Of a stretch of DNA of 64,000 bases, positions 28,749-38,342 are shown one piece after another. The stretch comes from Candidatus Nanoarchaeia archaeon (lineage in GTDB: Archaea; Nanobdellota; Nanobdellia; Tiddalikarchaeales; Tiddalikarchaeaceae). The stretch lies in contig JBAZFK010000005.1 in NCBI GenBank assembly GCA_041653395.1, positions 93 to 64,092 on the forward strand. Direction: 5' to 3'. The notes under the pieces were generated by a model. The model saw only the letters and a program-made list of their open reading frames with translations, did no database searches and was not told the DNA's origin. The translations under genes and the position numbers were made by a program. Numbering within the stretch: position 1 is the stretch's first letter; each line of letters starts with the position of its first letter.

Positions 28749-29897
28749 ATGTTAGATGATGCTCCTGCTTTATTGAAAGATAAGAATTTCTTGGATGTTT
28801 TGCATAATGAATGGAATAAAAGGATAGTTGGAGAGATAACTGCTAGGGAAATAATCTTTGCTATGGGCTTAGGCGGATGCCTTTGCTTAAATGCTCAAAA
28901 GACAAGCAATAACTTGATAGTTAACAGCAAGAGCGGTTCAGGAAAAGACTACCTTACCACTCAAGTATTAAACATTATTCCAGGAAAAGAGAGCAAATGG
29001 ATTAAAAGGACTAGAATAACTAAAACTGCGTTCACTTATTGGCATAATAGCACTATTGAGCCTAACTGGACATGGAACAATAAGATATTTTACGGAGAAG
29101 ATATGAATAGTGAAATGATTAACAGTGATGTTTTCAAAGTAATATGCTCAGGAGAAAACTACTCTACTATTGTTAAGGATCAGAAAGCTATTGATTTAAA
29201 GATTAATGGCAAGCCTAGTATTATTATCACTGCAGCCAAAGCTATTTTGGAGGAAGAGTTACTTAGAAGGTTTGCAGTGTTAAATCTTGATGAATCTAAA
29301 GAGCAAGATGACTTAATCATTGACTTTCATTCTAAGGCTGCAATGAATGAAGGCCTGCTAAACTATGATGAATCGGTAATGAAAGCTCTTGATGGATTAA
29401 AACCTGTCAGTGTAATTATTGATTTCGCTGACAAATTCGGCAAATACTTCAAGGAAATGAACGCTAATGTAATAGTCAGAACTAACTACAACAGATTTAT
29501 TGACTTAATCAAATACAGTGCAGTATTATTTCAGCATCAAAGGTTTTGGTTAGATGGAAACACTATCAAAGCTGAGCCTGAAGATTATGACAGAGCTATT
29601 GAATGGTTTACTCATTTATTCAAAAACCAATGTTTAATACCAATCACTAAAGACCAGCAAAAACTTATTCAAATAGTTCAAACATTAGGCCAGACCACAG
29701 TGGATGAAATCATATCAGAAGTAACCTTTGCAGGAAGAACATGGACATACACTAACCTGAACTTACTAACTGAGAAAGGATTACTAGAAAAAACAAGAAT
29801 AGATGACGAAACAGGCAATTCAAGAAAAAAATTAGACTCTTATATTGCAACAGGTCAGACAAAAATTAAACTTCCTTACTGGGTAGACTTAGAGTAA
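28749..29897 (+). CDS. AAA+/MCM-like P-loop helicase-type replication protein with C-terminal winged helix
   Basis: IVGE, SKSGSGKD Walker A, ED Walker B-like, LLRRF arginine finger, C-terminal wHTH. Confidence 0.75.
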   Translation: MLDDAPALLKDKNFLDVLHNEWNKRIVGEITAREIIFAMGLGGCLCLNAQKTSNNLIVNSKSGSGKDYLTTQVLNIIPGKESKWIKRTRITKTAFTYWHNSTIEPNWTWNNKIFYGEDMNSEMINSDVFKVICSGENYSTIVKDQKAIDLKINGKPSIIITAAKAILEEELLRRFAVLNLDESKEQDDLIIDFHSKAAMNEGLLNYDESVMKALDGLKPVSVIIDFADKFGKYFKEMNANVIVRTNYNRFIDLIKYSAVLFQHQRFWLDGNTIKAEPEDYDRAIEWFTHLFKNQCLIPITKDQQKLIQIVQTLGQTTVDEIISEVTFAGRTWTYTNLNLLTEKGLLEKTRIDDETGNSRKKLDSYIATGQTKIKLPYWVDLE

Positions 29898-30536
29898 TTA
29901 TTCAAAATAAGTTTGAATTAATGCTTTTATTTCGGAATAGGTATTCTTATTTCTTATTTTTATATCATTATCATGAACATATTTTTTTATAACTAAAGTT
30001 TTTGCCATTTCACTGTTTGCTTTAGAATATTCAGGTAAAGAATTTATTATTTTTGCTGTATTCATTAATAGGTTAATATATTCTTTTTCTTTTTCATTAT
30101 TTAAATTTGTATTTTCATTAAATTCTGAATCTCTTAATTCGCTTATATCATTATTTATCATTTTTAATATAAGATTAAATATTTTTTCGTCAAATTCAAT
30201 ATTTTTATTGATTAAATATTCTTCTAATACATAATTATCAATTGTTTTTGTTATATTTTTTTCAGTTAAAAATTGAATTGACATTTCTCTTGCTTTTTTA
30301 ATCATAGAATTACCATAAAAAATATTTTCTTCTTTATCTTCTGGAAAATCTTCATTACTTGTGTCAGGAAATTTGTATACAAAATCATCTTTGAAAACAT
30401 AATACTCTTCAGTTCCATCTTCTTTTTTTATGAAAAATTTTAAATTTGAATTAATTTCGTCTAAATCAGAAATAGATTTAACATAAATTTCATTTTCTGC
30501 AACATGAGTTATACCTGAAATTTCTTTAAAAACCAT
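29898..30536 (-). CDS. Hypothetical AT-rich cargo protein
   Basis: 212 aa ORF; no motif recognised. Confidence 0.5.
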   Translation of the reverse strand: MVFKEISGITHVAENEIYVKSISDLDEINSNLKFFIKKEDGTEEYYVFKDDFVYKFPDTSNEDFPEDKEENIFYGNSMIKKAREMSIQFLTEKNITKTIDNYVLEEYLINKNIEFDEKIFNLILKMINNDISELRDSEFNENTNLNNEKEKEYINLLMNTAKIINSLPEYSKANSEMAKTLVIKKYVHDNDIKIRNKNTYSEIKALIQTYFE

Positions 30537-30669
30537 AAGATTTAATGAAAATTTGCTAATTAAAAATATATTTATCTACTACTTTAAAAGTGATAGTTTT
30601 ATGGATAAAGAGCTTGAGTAATTTATTCTAATAATAAAGTTAAAATATATGAAAGAAATATTATAATCT

Positions 30670-31332
30670 ATGAGTATTATAGATATTGGTTCATTATTTG
30701 GAGGATTTATTTGGAATTCATTACCAGAGACTGCATTAATTTTTATCATATATTCTTACCTTCTTTATACTCTTTTTTTTAAGAATAGTAAATTCGCTGA
30801 AATAAAGAATCTAGAAGAAGCTGGAAGTTTAATTCTGATATTCTTGAATTTATATATATTAATAATACCTTTAATATTGGGAATATATTATTTAAGTTAT
30901 ATTATTTATGATAATATATTACCAAGTACTTTAACATTTAGCATAACTGATTCGATTATAGCAATAATAATGTTTACTTTTTTTCCTTATCAAATCAAAA
31001 AATCTATGGAAAGAAAAAAGAAAAAATTCTCTTTGGGAGATTGGTTATTATTAATTAATATAATTTATTCAGGGGTATTTATTTTTTCATTAATAAATAT
31101 TATTTATACATCAAATATTTCTACTAAAATAAATTCTCAATTTATGGGAACTAGCATAATTTTAGCAATTATATTTATTATAAATTTGGGATATCTTCAT
31201 GTATTGTCTATAAATTTAAAACAAATGAAAATAAACAAATTAAATATATTAAATATTATTTATATAATAATATTTCAAATTTTATCATCAATAATATTTT
31301 GCTTTTTACATTGGAATTTAAAGATTATATAA
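30670..31332 (+). CDS. Hypothetical multi-pass membrane cargo protein
   Basis: Six hydrophobic segments. Confidence 0.5.
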   Translation: MSIIDIGSLFGGFIWNSLPETALIFIIYSYLLYTLFFKNSKFAEIKNLEEAGSLILIFLNLYILIIPLILGIYYLSYIIYDNILPSTLTFSITDSIIAIIMFTFFPYQIKKSMERKKKKFSLGDWLLLINIIYSGVFIFSLINIIYTSNISTKINSQFMGTSIILAIIFIINLGYLHVLSINLKQMKINKLNILNIIYIIIFQILSSIIFCFLHWNLKII

Positions 31333-31336
31333 AAAA

Positions 31337-31783
31337 TTAATTATCTCTATCCCATATAAGTAGATCATAAACAGTTATAATAAATAAAGGAGTAATGAAA
31401 ATTGCTAGTGAAAAAATAATTACTTCTAAACCTTCAAGAGGTATTAACTTATGCAATGTACCTATAGTAAATAATGCTATTAATAACCATCCAAATTTAA
31501 AATTATTTATTTTTGTTTTTTTTATTTTTTCAAAATTTGAATGGATTACATAAAATTCTTTATTAAATTCAGTAATTGATTTCCAATTAATTTTTTGAGA
31601 TTTATGATTAAAACATTCAAATTGAGATTTTTCTTTTTCTTTTATTTTATTAGAAACTATTCTAAATAAAGTATAATATTGAAAAAAGAAAGCAGAAGCT
31701 ATGAATCCTAAAATTGCTAAATATTTTATATCCAACATACTTAAAAAAATATCCATTTCAGTCATTTTACCACTTATTTTCAT
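31337..31783 (-). CDS. Hypothetical three-TM cargo protein
   Basis: Hydrophobic segments at both ends; start uncertain. Confidence 0.45.
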   Translation of the reverse strand: MKISGKMTEMDIFLSMLDIKYLAILGFIASAFFFQYYTLFRIVSNKIKEKEKSQFECFNHKSQKINWKSITEFNKEFYVIHSNFEKIKKTKINNFKFGWLLIALFTIGTLHKLIPLEGLEVIIFSLAIFITPLFIITVYDLLIWDRDN

Positions 31784-32057
31784 TATTCTCCGAATTTAAT
31801 GTAGATCCTGATATTATTCCTATTAATCCTCCAACAATTGCTCCACCTGATCCTGCTATAGCTGCTCCCATTAAAGCCCCAGTTACTCCTGCAATAAATG
31901 CTTTTTCTTGTGCAGATGAAAAAACAGTTCTATTAAGTTTCATTTCTTTTCCACAACAGTTACATTTCACTGGATCTTTTTTGGTAGATATTGGCCCTTC
32001 AACTTCGCATCCTTTATTATTACATAATTCATTAGTACAAAGATAATAATTTTTCAT
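31767..32057 (-). CDS. Small Cys-rich zinc-ribbon plus glycine-zipper protein
   Basis: CTNELC...CNCC followed by GxxGAxxGAxxxGxxGAxxGGxxG. Confidence 0.6.
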   Translation of the reverse strand: MKNYYLCTNELCNNKGCEVEGPISTKKDPVKCNCCGKEMKLNRTVFSSAQEKAFIAGVTGALMGAAIAGSGGAIVGGLIGIISGSTLNSENNENKW

Positions 32058-32125
32058 AAAATTAATTATCCTAAGCTAATTTAAAATATTATGTTTTAAT
32101 ATTACTTTAAAACTATTATTTATTT

Positions 32126-32254
32126 ATGGATAAAGAACTTGAGCAATTTTTTCAACCCTGGGAGTTAAAACTCTTAGAGATAATTGAAGAAGCTAAAAAA
32201 GAAAAAATTGATAAAACTAATAAAAAGTTAAATAATGATATTATAACACATTAA
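32126..32254 (+). CDS. Short 42 aa ORF (MDKELEQFFQPWELK...), with a truncated 5' copy at 30601
   Basis: Read manually; first 24 nt duplicated at 30601-30624 where codon 7 is TAA. Confidence 0.35.
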   Translation: MDKELEQFFQPWELKLLEIIEEAKKEKIDKTNKKLNNDIITH

Positions 32255-32304
32255 AATTTAATAAAGGATGTTTTTATATATACTTTAAATTATTACTTTA
32301 TTAT

Positions 32305-33030
32305 ATGAGTTCAATAAAAGATCTAAAAGAAAATATTCTTTTAAGAGAAAATTTACTTAAAGTTCAAAAAGAAGATTATGAGAAAACTAAATTTTTAGGG
32401 TATGAAGTAGGTACTTTTGAATTATATAATAATTATATTGAATCTTTGAGTATTGCATTCAAAAAACTTGTATCTGATAAAAATTTAAAAATATCATTTA
32501 ATGATTTGGCAATAAATAAAAAATGGTTAGATATTATTGGTCAAATGCAAGATATATTAACTGCTGCTTATCCTATGATAAATGATGAAACTTCAGATCC
32601 TTTATTAATGGGTTATTTATATGTTAAGTTTTATCAATCAGGATTTGGTCATGCAATTAGTTTTTTTAGAAAATTGGCTATTATTATAAATAATGTATAT
32701 AAATTTAATTCTAAAAAAATTAATTTTTTATCAGATAAAAATTGTATAGATATTTTAATTAAATATGATTTAACTTACAAATTTATTTTGTCTAATTTTG
32801 ATAATGAAATACGAAATTGTATTGCGCATGAAGATTATATTATAAATAAAGATAACACAATAAAATTTATGACTTCTGAAGGAAAAATAATTAAAAAAAC
32901 TTTTGTAGAAATAGGACTTATGGATTCATATTTTTCATTTTTGAATAATGCTTTAATATTTGTAGTAACAAATTATGAACTTAAACTTCTTAAAAGACAT
33001 CTTAATGATAAGGTATCTAAAAATAAATGA
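32305..33030 (+). CDS. HEPN-domain cargo protein
   Basis: D.EIRNCIAH.DY RxxxxH motif. Confidence 0.6.
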   Translation: MSSIKDLKENILLRENLLKVQKEDYEKTKFLGYEVGTFELYNNYIESLSIAFKKLVSDKNLKISFNDLAINKKWLDIIGQMQDILTAAYPMINDETSDPLLMGYLYVKFYQSGFGHAISFFRKLAIIINNVYKFNSKKINFLSDKNCIDILIKYDLTYKFILSNFDNEIRNCIAHEDYIINKDNTIKFMTSEGKIIKKTFVEIGLMDSYFSFLNNALIFVVTNYELKLLKRHLNDKVSKNK

Positions 33031-33156
33031 TTTTTTTATATATAGAAAATTCAGGAAACATTTATATAAAATCGCTGACTTGTTTGATCTTTGTAAATAA
33101 AAAAACATGCTAAAAATTGGGGCGATTGACCTTTTGTGTCTCGCCTGCTCTCAGCG
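33031..33156 (+). repeat. Right-end/att repeat copy A (TATA-like box, ATCGC motif, left arm, tRNA-derived core)
   Basis: Aligns with 34324-34450 and 39315-39441; TTTAT box to TGCTC core spacing is 85 nt in both A and C. Confidence 0.85.
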
Positions 33157-33290
33157 AAAAAATCATATATACATTTATTAATATTAAAGTAGTATTTAAA
33201 GAGTTTTTAAATGAGACAAAACCAAAATACTTTATTGGTGCAAATTATAAAAGAGAAAAGTTTTAAAGTATAATTACGTCTTCTTTAATT

Positions 33291-33473
33291 ATGGATTTAA
33301 GAGAAAATTTTCTTACTATTTATGCAGATTTACCTTTAGGATTAAGAAAAGAGGTGATTTTAATATTAGATAAGGAACCAATAAGTTGGAATGTAGCTTA
33401 TATTGAAATTTTTAACAAAACTGAAAAAAGTAAAAAAATTCTTAAAGAATTAAAGGAAATGAATATAATATGA
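33291..33473 (+). CDS. Small helical protein, gene 1 of a three-gene protease module
   Basis: 60 aa; overlaps the next gene (ATGA). Confidence 0.7.
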   Translation: MDLRENFLTIYADLPLGLRKEVILILDKEPISWNVAYIEIFNKTEKSKKILKELKEMNII

Positions 33474-33685
33474 GTGAAACTATTTCTGAAAAAGAAAAGC
33501 AGCTTGTTATTTTTAGATTAAGCAAAATGCCGGTAAACAAAAAAATATCTATAGGTTCTGAAGGTCAATTTGATAAAGATGAATTAATAGATCATGTTAA
33601 AAATGAAGATTCAGTGGGTAAAAAAATAGTTGAAATTCAAATGGCTTTCTTAAGAGCAATGAAATCAGGTAAATTATATGCCTAA
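33470..33685 (+). CDS. Small protein, gene 2 of the module; probable distant paralogue of gene 1
   Basis: 71 aa; shared helix-P-hairpin-helix-(G/S)KKI pattern. Confidence 0.7.
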   Translation: MSETISEKEKQLVIFRLSKMPVNKKISIGSEGQFDKDELIDHVKNEDSVGKKIVEIQMAFLRAMKSGKLYA

Positions 33686-34316
33686 ATATTTAATTACAAG
33701 ACCAGAACATGACGATACTACTTTTTTGCTTTCTAGTTTTATGAATCAAACAATATCTTTTGCTAAAAATAGGGGCTTTGAAGTTTTTGATTTGCATAGA
33801 GAAAAAGCTACCAAATTTAATTTTGAAGGATTAATTAAAAAAAATCCTGAAATCATTGTTTTAAATGGGCATGGGGCTATAAATATGGTAACAGGTCATA
33901 AAAATAAACCTCTCTTAATAGCTGGAATTAATGATTATACTCTTAAATCAAAGACAATTTATGCTATTTCTTGTCAATCTGGAGTTGGATTGGGACCTAG
34001 CAGTATTAAAGAAGGTGCTTTAAGTTATACAGGTTATGTTAATGATTTTATTCTATATTATACTCCAAAATTACTTAGTAAACCTTTAAATGATGATACT
34101 TTAAAATTTTTCCTCGAACCTTCTATAATTCTTATTGAATCTATATTAAAAGGTAACTCAATAAACGATTCTCACATTAAATGTAAAGAAAAAATGATAA
34201 ATAACTTAAAGAAAATGATGAGTAGTGGTGAAGAAGATTATAATGATATGGCTCAATATTTATGGTGGGATATACAAAATTTTAGGACATTTACACAAAC
34301 TGAAATTTTAGATTAA
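33678..34316 (+). CDS. Caspase-fold (clan CD, CHAT/gingipain-like) cysteine protease
   Basis: IIVLNGHG (His65) and IYAISCQSG (Cys99) after hydrophobic strands; no signal peptide. Confidence 0.75.
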   Translation: MPKYLITRPEHDDTTFLLSSFMNQTISFAKNRGFEVFDLHREKATKFNFEGLIKKNPEIIVLNGHGAINMVTGHKNKPLLIAGINDYTLKSKTIYAISCQSGVGLGPSSIKEGALSYTGYVNDFILYYTPKLLSKPLNDDTLKFFLEPSIILIESILKGNSINDSHIKCKEKMINNLKKMMSSGEEDYNDMAQYLWWDIQNFRTFTQTEILD

Positions 34317-34323
34317 CACATTA

Positions 34324-34450
34324 TTTTTTTATACATAGAAAAATCACAAAACATTTATTATAAAATCTCTGTTTATTTGATTTTTGTAAATAAAAAAATG
34401 ACCTAAAAAATAGGGTGTTATCAGTTTCTATGATTGCTAAGTTAGAGCAA
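34324..34450 (+). repeat. Right-end/att repeat copy B (degenerate core)
   Basis: TTTTTTATACATAGAAAAATC...ACATTTATTATAAAATCTCTG...TTTGATTTTTGTAAATAAAAAAA aligns to copy A; core-like TGCTAAGTTAG at 34435. Confidence 0.7.
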
Positions 34451-34496
34451 TTTATTTTCCTTAATATTTATAAATATAGAATATATCAAATTGCTG

Positions 34497-35207
34497 ATGT
34501 TAAAAGTTTTAGTAATGGCAAGTGGAGGAGCTACTAGTGGTAGATACTTATTTGATAATAATCCTGGAACTTATGAAATTGCTGGAGTAGTTTTAAGTAA
34601 GAATTCAGCTAGTGGTATTGAACATTTTGAAAATAGGGGTTTTTTGAAAGGTAAGAATTTGTTTGTCTGTGATGTTTATGATTTTTATAAAAGTAAAGGC
34701 AAAAATTCTTTAAAAGATTCACAGACTAGAATTGAGTATGAAGCTAGTATTGAAGATGCAATTAAGGATGTTAGTTTTGATGTTATTGCTCTTAGTGGAT
34801 ATATGCTTAGAATGTTCACTATTCATAATAAGTATAATACTTTAAATGTTCATCCTGCAGATTTACGAATCATTAATGATAAATGTGAAAGAAAGTATAC
34901 TGGAGATAATGCTGTTACTTGTGCAATAAGAGCAGGAGAGAAAGAGACACGTTCTAGTATTCACTTAGTTACTGATGAAGTTGATGGAGGTCCATTAATT
35001 GTAGTATCAGACAGTGTTAAAGTTCCAAGCTGGAATAATAGTAATCTTGAAACTATTGCTAATAATGTTCAGGAAGAAATGAAAATTAAATGCGATAATC
35101 CTGCATATATGTGGACAATACAAAACTTGGCAAATGAAAACTTAAAAATAGAAAATAAAGTTATTTATTATAAAAATAAAATATTACAATCTCCAATCAT
35201 CTTATAA
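34497..35207 (+). CDS. purN: Phosphoribosylglycinamide formyltransferase-like protein
   Basis: VLVMASG, LSGYM, NVHPADL (NxH), SSIHLVTDEVDGGP (catalytic Asp). Confidence 0.8.
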   Translation: MLKVLVMASGGATSGRYLFDNNPGTYEIAGVVLSKNSASGIEHFENRGFLKGKNLFVCDVYDFYKSKGKNSLKDSQTRIEYEASIEDAIKDVSFDVIALSGYMLRMFTIHNKYNTLNVHPADLRIINDKCERKYTGDNAVTCAIRAGEKETRSSIHLVTDEVDGGPLIVVSDSVKVPSWNNSNLETIANNVQEEMKIKCDNPAYMWTIQNLANENLKIENKVIYYKNKILQSPIIL

Positions 35208-35315
35208 AATTAAAATTTTTTTTTAAACAATAAATATAAATTTTTCCTTCTAAATTAAAATACAACTTATTAGTGATTACAAATATTATTTAAATACTAT
35301 AGGATAAAAATATAT

Positions 35316-38300
35316 ATGCCTCTGGATGAAATAGCAATACGTGCCATCAAAAGAATAGAAATAGAACGATTAATTCCGGACACTAGAGCGCAAAAACTTA
35401 AGACAGAATTAAATCTTAAAGGATACTCAGTCACTGACTTAAAATGGCTTGATGTTTACACAATAAATGAGGCACTAACAAATCAGGAATCTGACTTAAT
35501 TGCGAAAAATCTTGCAATAGCATGCAATTATGAAAATGGAATCAAGATACACTCAGCTCACATTTATGAACCAGCAAGTATTCAGGGATTTGATCAAGCA
35601 ATAGAAACCGGCTTTTTGCCAGGAGTGACAGATAATATAGGAAAAACAGCAAAAATAGTAATAGAAGATACGCTGGAAAGAAAATTAAATGATGTTCAAG
35701 GAGTATATACTTCAAGATTACTTTTAATAAAAGGAATAACAGGTGAGCAAGCAAGAGAAATACCTTCATTATTAATTAATAAATTAATAGAAAGATCACA
35801 AATCAAGAACAATCATGAATATCTTAATGATCATGGAATGGGTGCAACAATACCTAAAGTAAATATAGATCATGAACCAAGAATTTTGGATGTTGATTTA
35901 GAATTGCAAGATGATGAATTAATAAAATTAGGAAAAGAAGGAATATATGATCCATTAACAAAAATGAGAAGAGGGCCTTTAGCGCTAGATATTGAATCAT
36001 TAAAATCAATAAAGGAATACTATAACAAAATAAGCAAGAAACCAACAGATATTGAATTAGAATCAATAGCTCAAACTTGGAGTGAGCATTGCAAGCACAG
36101 AATATTCAGCGGTTCTCTTGATGACATAACTGAAGGAATATTCAATAAACACATTAAAGGAGCAACTAATGCCATAAGGGCTGAACTAGGAGAGAACGAC
36201 TTCTGCACATCAGTATTCAGTGATAATTCAGGCGCAATAAAATTCAATGATATATTTAGTGTATGCTTCAAGAGCGAGACGCATAACAGCCCTTCAGCAC
36301 TAGACCCTTTTGGGGGAGCAATAACTGGAATAGTTGGTGTTAATAGAGATACCCTAGGATTTGGATTAGGTGCGCTTCCAGTAAATAATTCATATTACTT
36401 CATGTTCGGTGAACTCAATGATATGAATCGTTACTTTAAAAATAAGGAATTAACAGATGAGATACTCAGTTCAGAATCAATAATGAATGGAGTAATAGCC
36501 GGAGTTAATGCCGGAGGAAACCAGTCAGGAATACCAACAAATGTTGGAGGAATGTATATGCACTCATCTTACAGGGGAAAACCCTTAGTTTATGTAGGAA
36601 CTTCAGGAATAATACCAACAAATAAGATAGAAAAAAAAGCAAATCCTGGAGATTTAATAGTTGTGATTGGCGGACGTGTAGGCGCTGATGGAGTTCATGG
36701 TGCGACATTCTCAAGTGAGGCATTAACAAGCGGAAGTCCAGCAACAGCAGTGCAGATAGGGGATGCAATAACTCAGAAGAAACTAAGTGATTCTTTACTG
36801 AAAGAAGCAAGGGATCTAGAATTTTATACAAGCATAACAGACAATGGAGCTGGAGGATTATCATGCAGTGTTGCTGAAATGGCGCAGGAAAGCGGAGGAT
36901 TCACAGTAAATCTTAATAAAGTCCCGCTAAAATACGCAGGATTACAGCCATGGGAGATATGGATATCAGAATCGCAAGAGAGAATGACATTATCCGTGCC
37001 AAAAAATAAGATAGATAACTTCATGGAATTAATGAAGAAACATGATGTTGAAACAAGCATAATAGGAGAATTTACTAATTCAGGAAAAGCGCAAGTAAAT
37101 TACAATAATCAATTAATAATTAATCTTGACATGGACTTCCTTCATAATGGAGCTCCAAAGAAAATAATGAAAAGCGAGGAATTCCATAATACATTTGAAG
37201 AGCCTAATTTTGCAATGCCTGAACTAAACTCAACGCTTGATGAAATGCTATCAAGATATAATATCTGTAGCAAGGAGTTCATAAGCACCCAATATGATCA
37301 TGAAGTTCAGGGAGGCTCAGTAATCAAGCCATTAATTGGCAAAGGCAGGCTGCAATCAAAAGCAGGGGTTTACAAACCCTTATTAGATTCAAATAAAGGA
37401 GTAGTTGAAGCAAATGGGTTATGCCCAACATACAGCCAAATAGACACTTATGATATGGCTATGTGCTCAATAGATACAGCAATAAGGAACGCGTTAAGTG
37501 TTGGAGGCTCACTCAAACATATGGCCTTATTAGATAACTTCTGCTGGAATTCAAGTGAAGATCCAAAAATGCTTTATTTATTAAAAAGAGCAACAGAAGC
37601 ATGTTATGATTACGCAACGAAACTAAAAACTCCATTCATATCAGGAAAAGACAGCATGTTCAATGATTTCAAAGGCTATGACGCGAAAGGCAAACCAGTA
37701 AAAATATCAGTACTACCTACACTGAAAATACAAGCATGCGGAGTTATAGATGATGTTAATAAGTGCATAACTCATGAAGCAAAATTTGAAAATGACCTTG
37801 TCTATGTTATAGGCGAAACATTTAATGAATTAGGAGGAAGCGAGTATTTTAGGATGAAAGGAAATCATGTTGGAAATAATGTGCCAAAAGTTAGAATAGA
37901 ACAGGCAATAAAGACTTATAATTCATTAGAGCAAGCAATAAATAATGAATTATTAGTGTCATGCAATCCAGTAAATATTGGAGGGCTTGGTGTAGCATTA
38001 TCAGAAGCATCATTAGGAGGAAAGATAGGAATGAATATTGATATTAATGGAATAAACAGCAACCTACGCGATGATTTCTTATTATTCAGCGAGTCACAAT
38101 CAAGATTTGTTGTTACAGTAAACCCTGAACTTAAAGAAGAATTCGAAAATACAATGCAAGGTATTTACTGTCAGCAGATAGGCACTGTAGAAGGGGATTC
38201 ATTAATTATTAACAATGGAAGTAAAAACTTAATAAATATGAAAGTGACTGAACAATTAAACGCTTATAAGAAAACTTTTGCCAACAAAATGAGCGTTGCT

Positions 38301-38342
38301 GGCTGGGATAAAGAATCTTACATGCAAGGTGATTGGTTATGA
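35316..38342 (+). CDS. purL: FGAM synthase PurL (~1000 aa form with N-terminal PurS-like region)
   Basis: AQTWSEHCKH, SDNSG, K.ETHNSPSALDPFGGA.TG, DGVHGAT, TDNGAGGLS, SESQERM, QYDHEVQG, ISGKDS. Confidence 0.96.
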   Translation: MPLDEIAIRAIKRIEIERLIPDTRAQKLKTELNLKGYSVTDLKWLDVYTINEALTNQESDLIAKNLAIACNYENGIKIHSAHIYEPASIQGFDQAIETGFLPGVTDNIGKTAKIVIEDTLERKLNDVQGVYTSRLLLIKGITGEQAREIPSLLINKLIERSQIKNNHEYLNDHGMGATIPKVNIDHEPRILDVDLELQDDELIKLGKEGIYDPLTKMRRGPLALDIESLKSIKEYYNKISKKPTDIELESIAQTWSEHCKHRIFSGSLDDITEGIFNKHIKGATNAIRAELGENDFCTSVFSDNSGAIKFNDIFSVCFKSETHNSPSALDPFGGAITGIVGVNRDTLGFGLGALPVNNSYYFMFGELNDMNRYFKNKELTDEILSSESIMNGVIAGVNAGGNQSGIPTNVGGMYMHSSYRGKPLVYVGTSGIIPTNKIEKKANPGDLIVVIGGRVGADGVHGATFSSEALTSGSPATAVQIGDAITQKKLSDSLLKEARDLEFYTSITDNGAGGLSCSVAEMAQESGGFTVNLNKVPLKYAGLQPWEIWISESQERMTLSVPKNKIDNFMELMKKHDVETSIIGEFTNSGKAQVNYNNQLIINLDMDFLHNGAPKKIMKSEEFHNTFEEPNFAMPELNSTLDEMLSRYNICSKEFISTQYDHEVQGGSVIKPLIGKGRLQSKAGVYKPLLDSNKGVVEANGLCPTYSQIDTYDMAMCSIDTAIRNALSVGGSLKHMALLDNFCWNSSEDPKMLYLLKRATEACYDYATKLKTPFISGKDSMFNDFKGYDAKGKPVKISVLPTLKIQACGVIDDVNKCITHEAKFENDLVYVIGETFNELGGSEYFRMKGNHVGNNVPKVRIEQAIKTYNSLEQAINNELLVSCNPVNIGGLGVALSEASLGGKIGMNIDINGINSNLRDDFLLFSESQSRFVVTVNPELKEEFENTMQGIYCQQIGTVEGDSLIINNGSKNLINMKVTEQLNAYKKTFANKMSVAGWDKESYMQGDWL

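Larger units (their letters stand above)
17249..33156 (+). mobile_element. Integrative element (~15.9 kb) inserted in the tRNA-Ser 3' end; attL 17249-17261, attR 33144-33156
   Basis: Integrase 62 nt after the tRNA. CCTGCTCTTAGCG is repeated as CCTGCTCTCAGCG (12/13). Inverted arms GCGATTGAC (33122-33130) and GTCAATCGC (17273-17281) would flank the core in a reconstituted attP. Confidence 0.85.

Noticed and set aside
17323-33156. Complete provirus
   Set aside because: No recognisable capsid, portal, terminase or tail genes; called an integrative element only.
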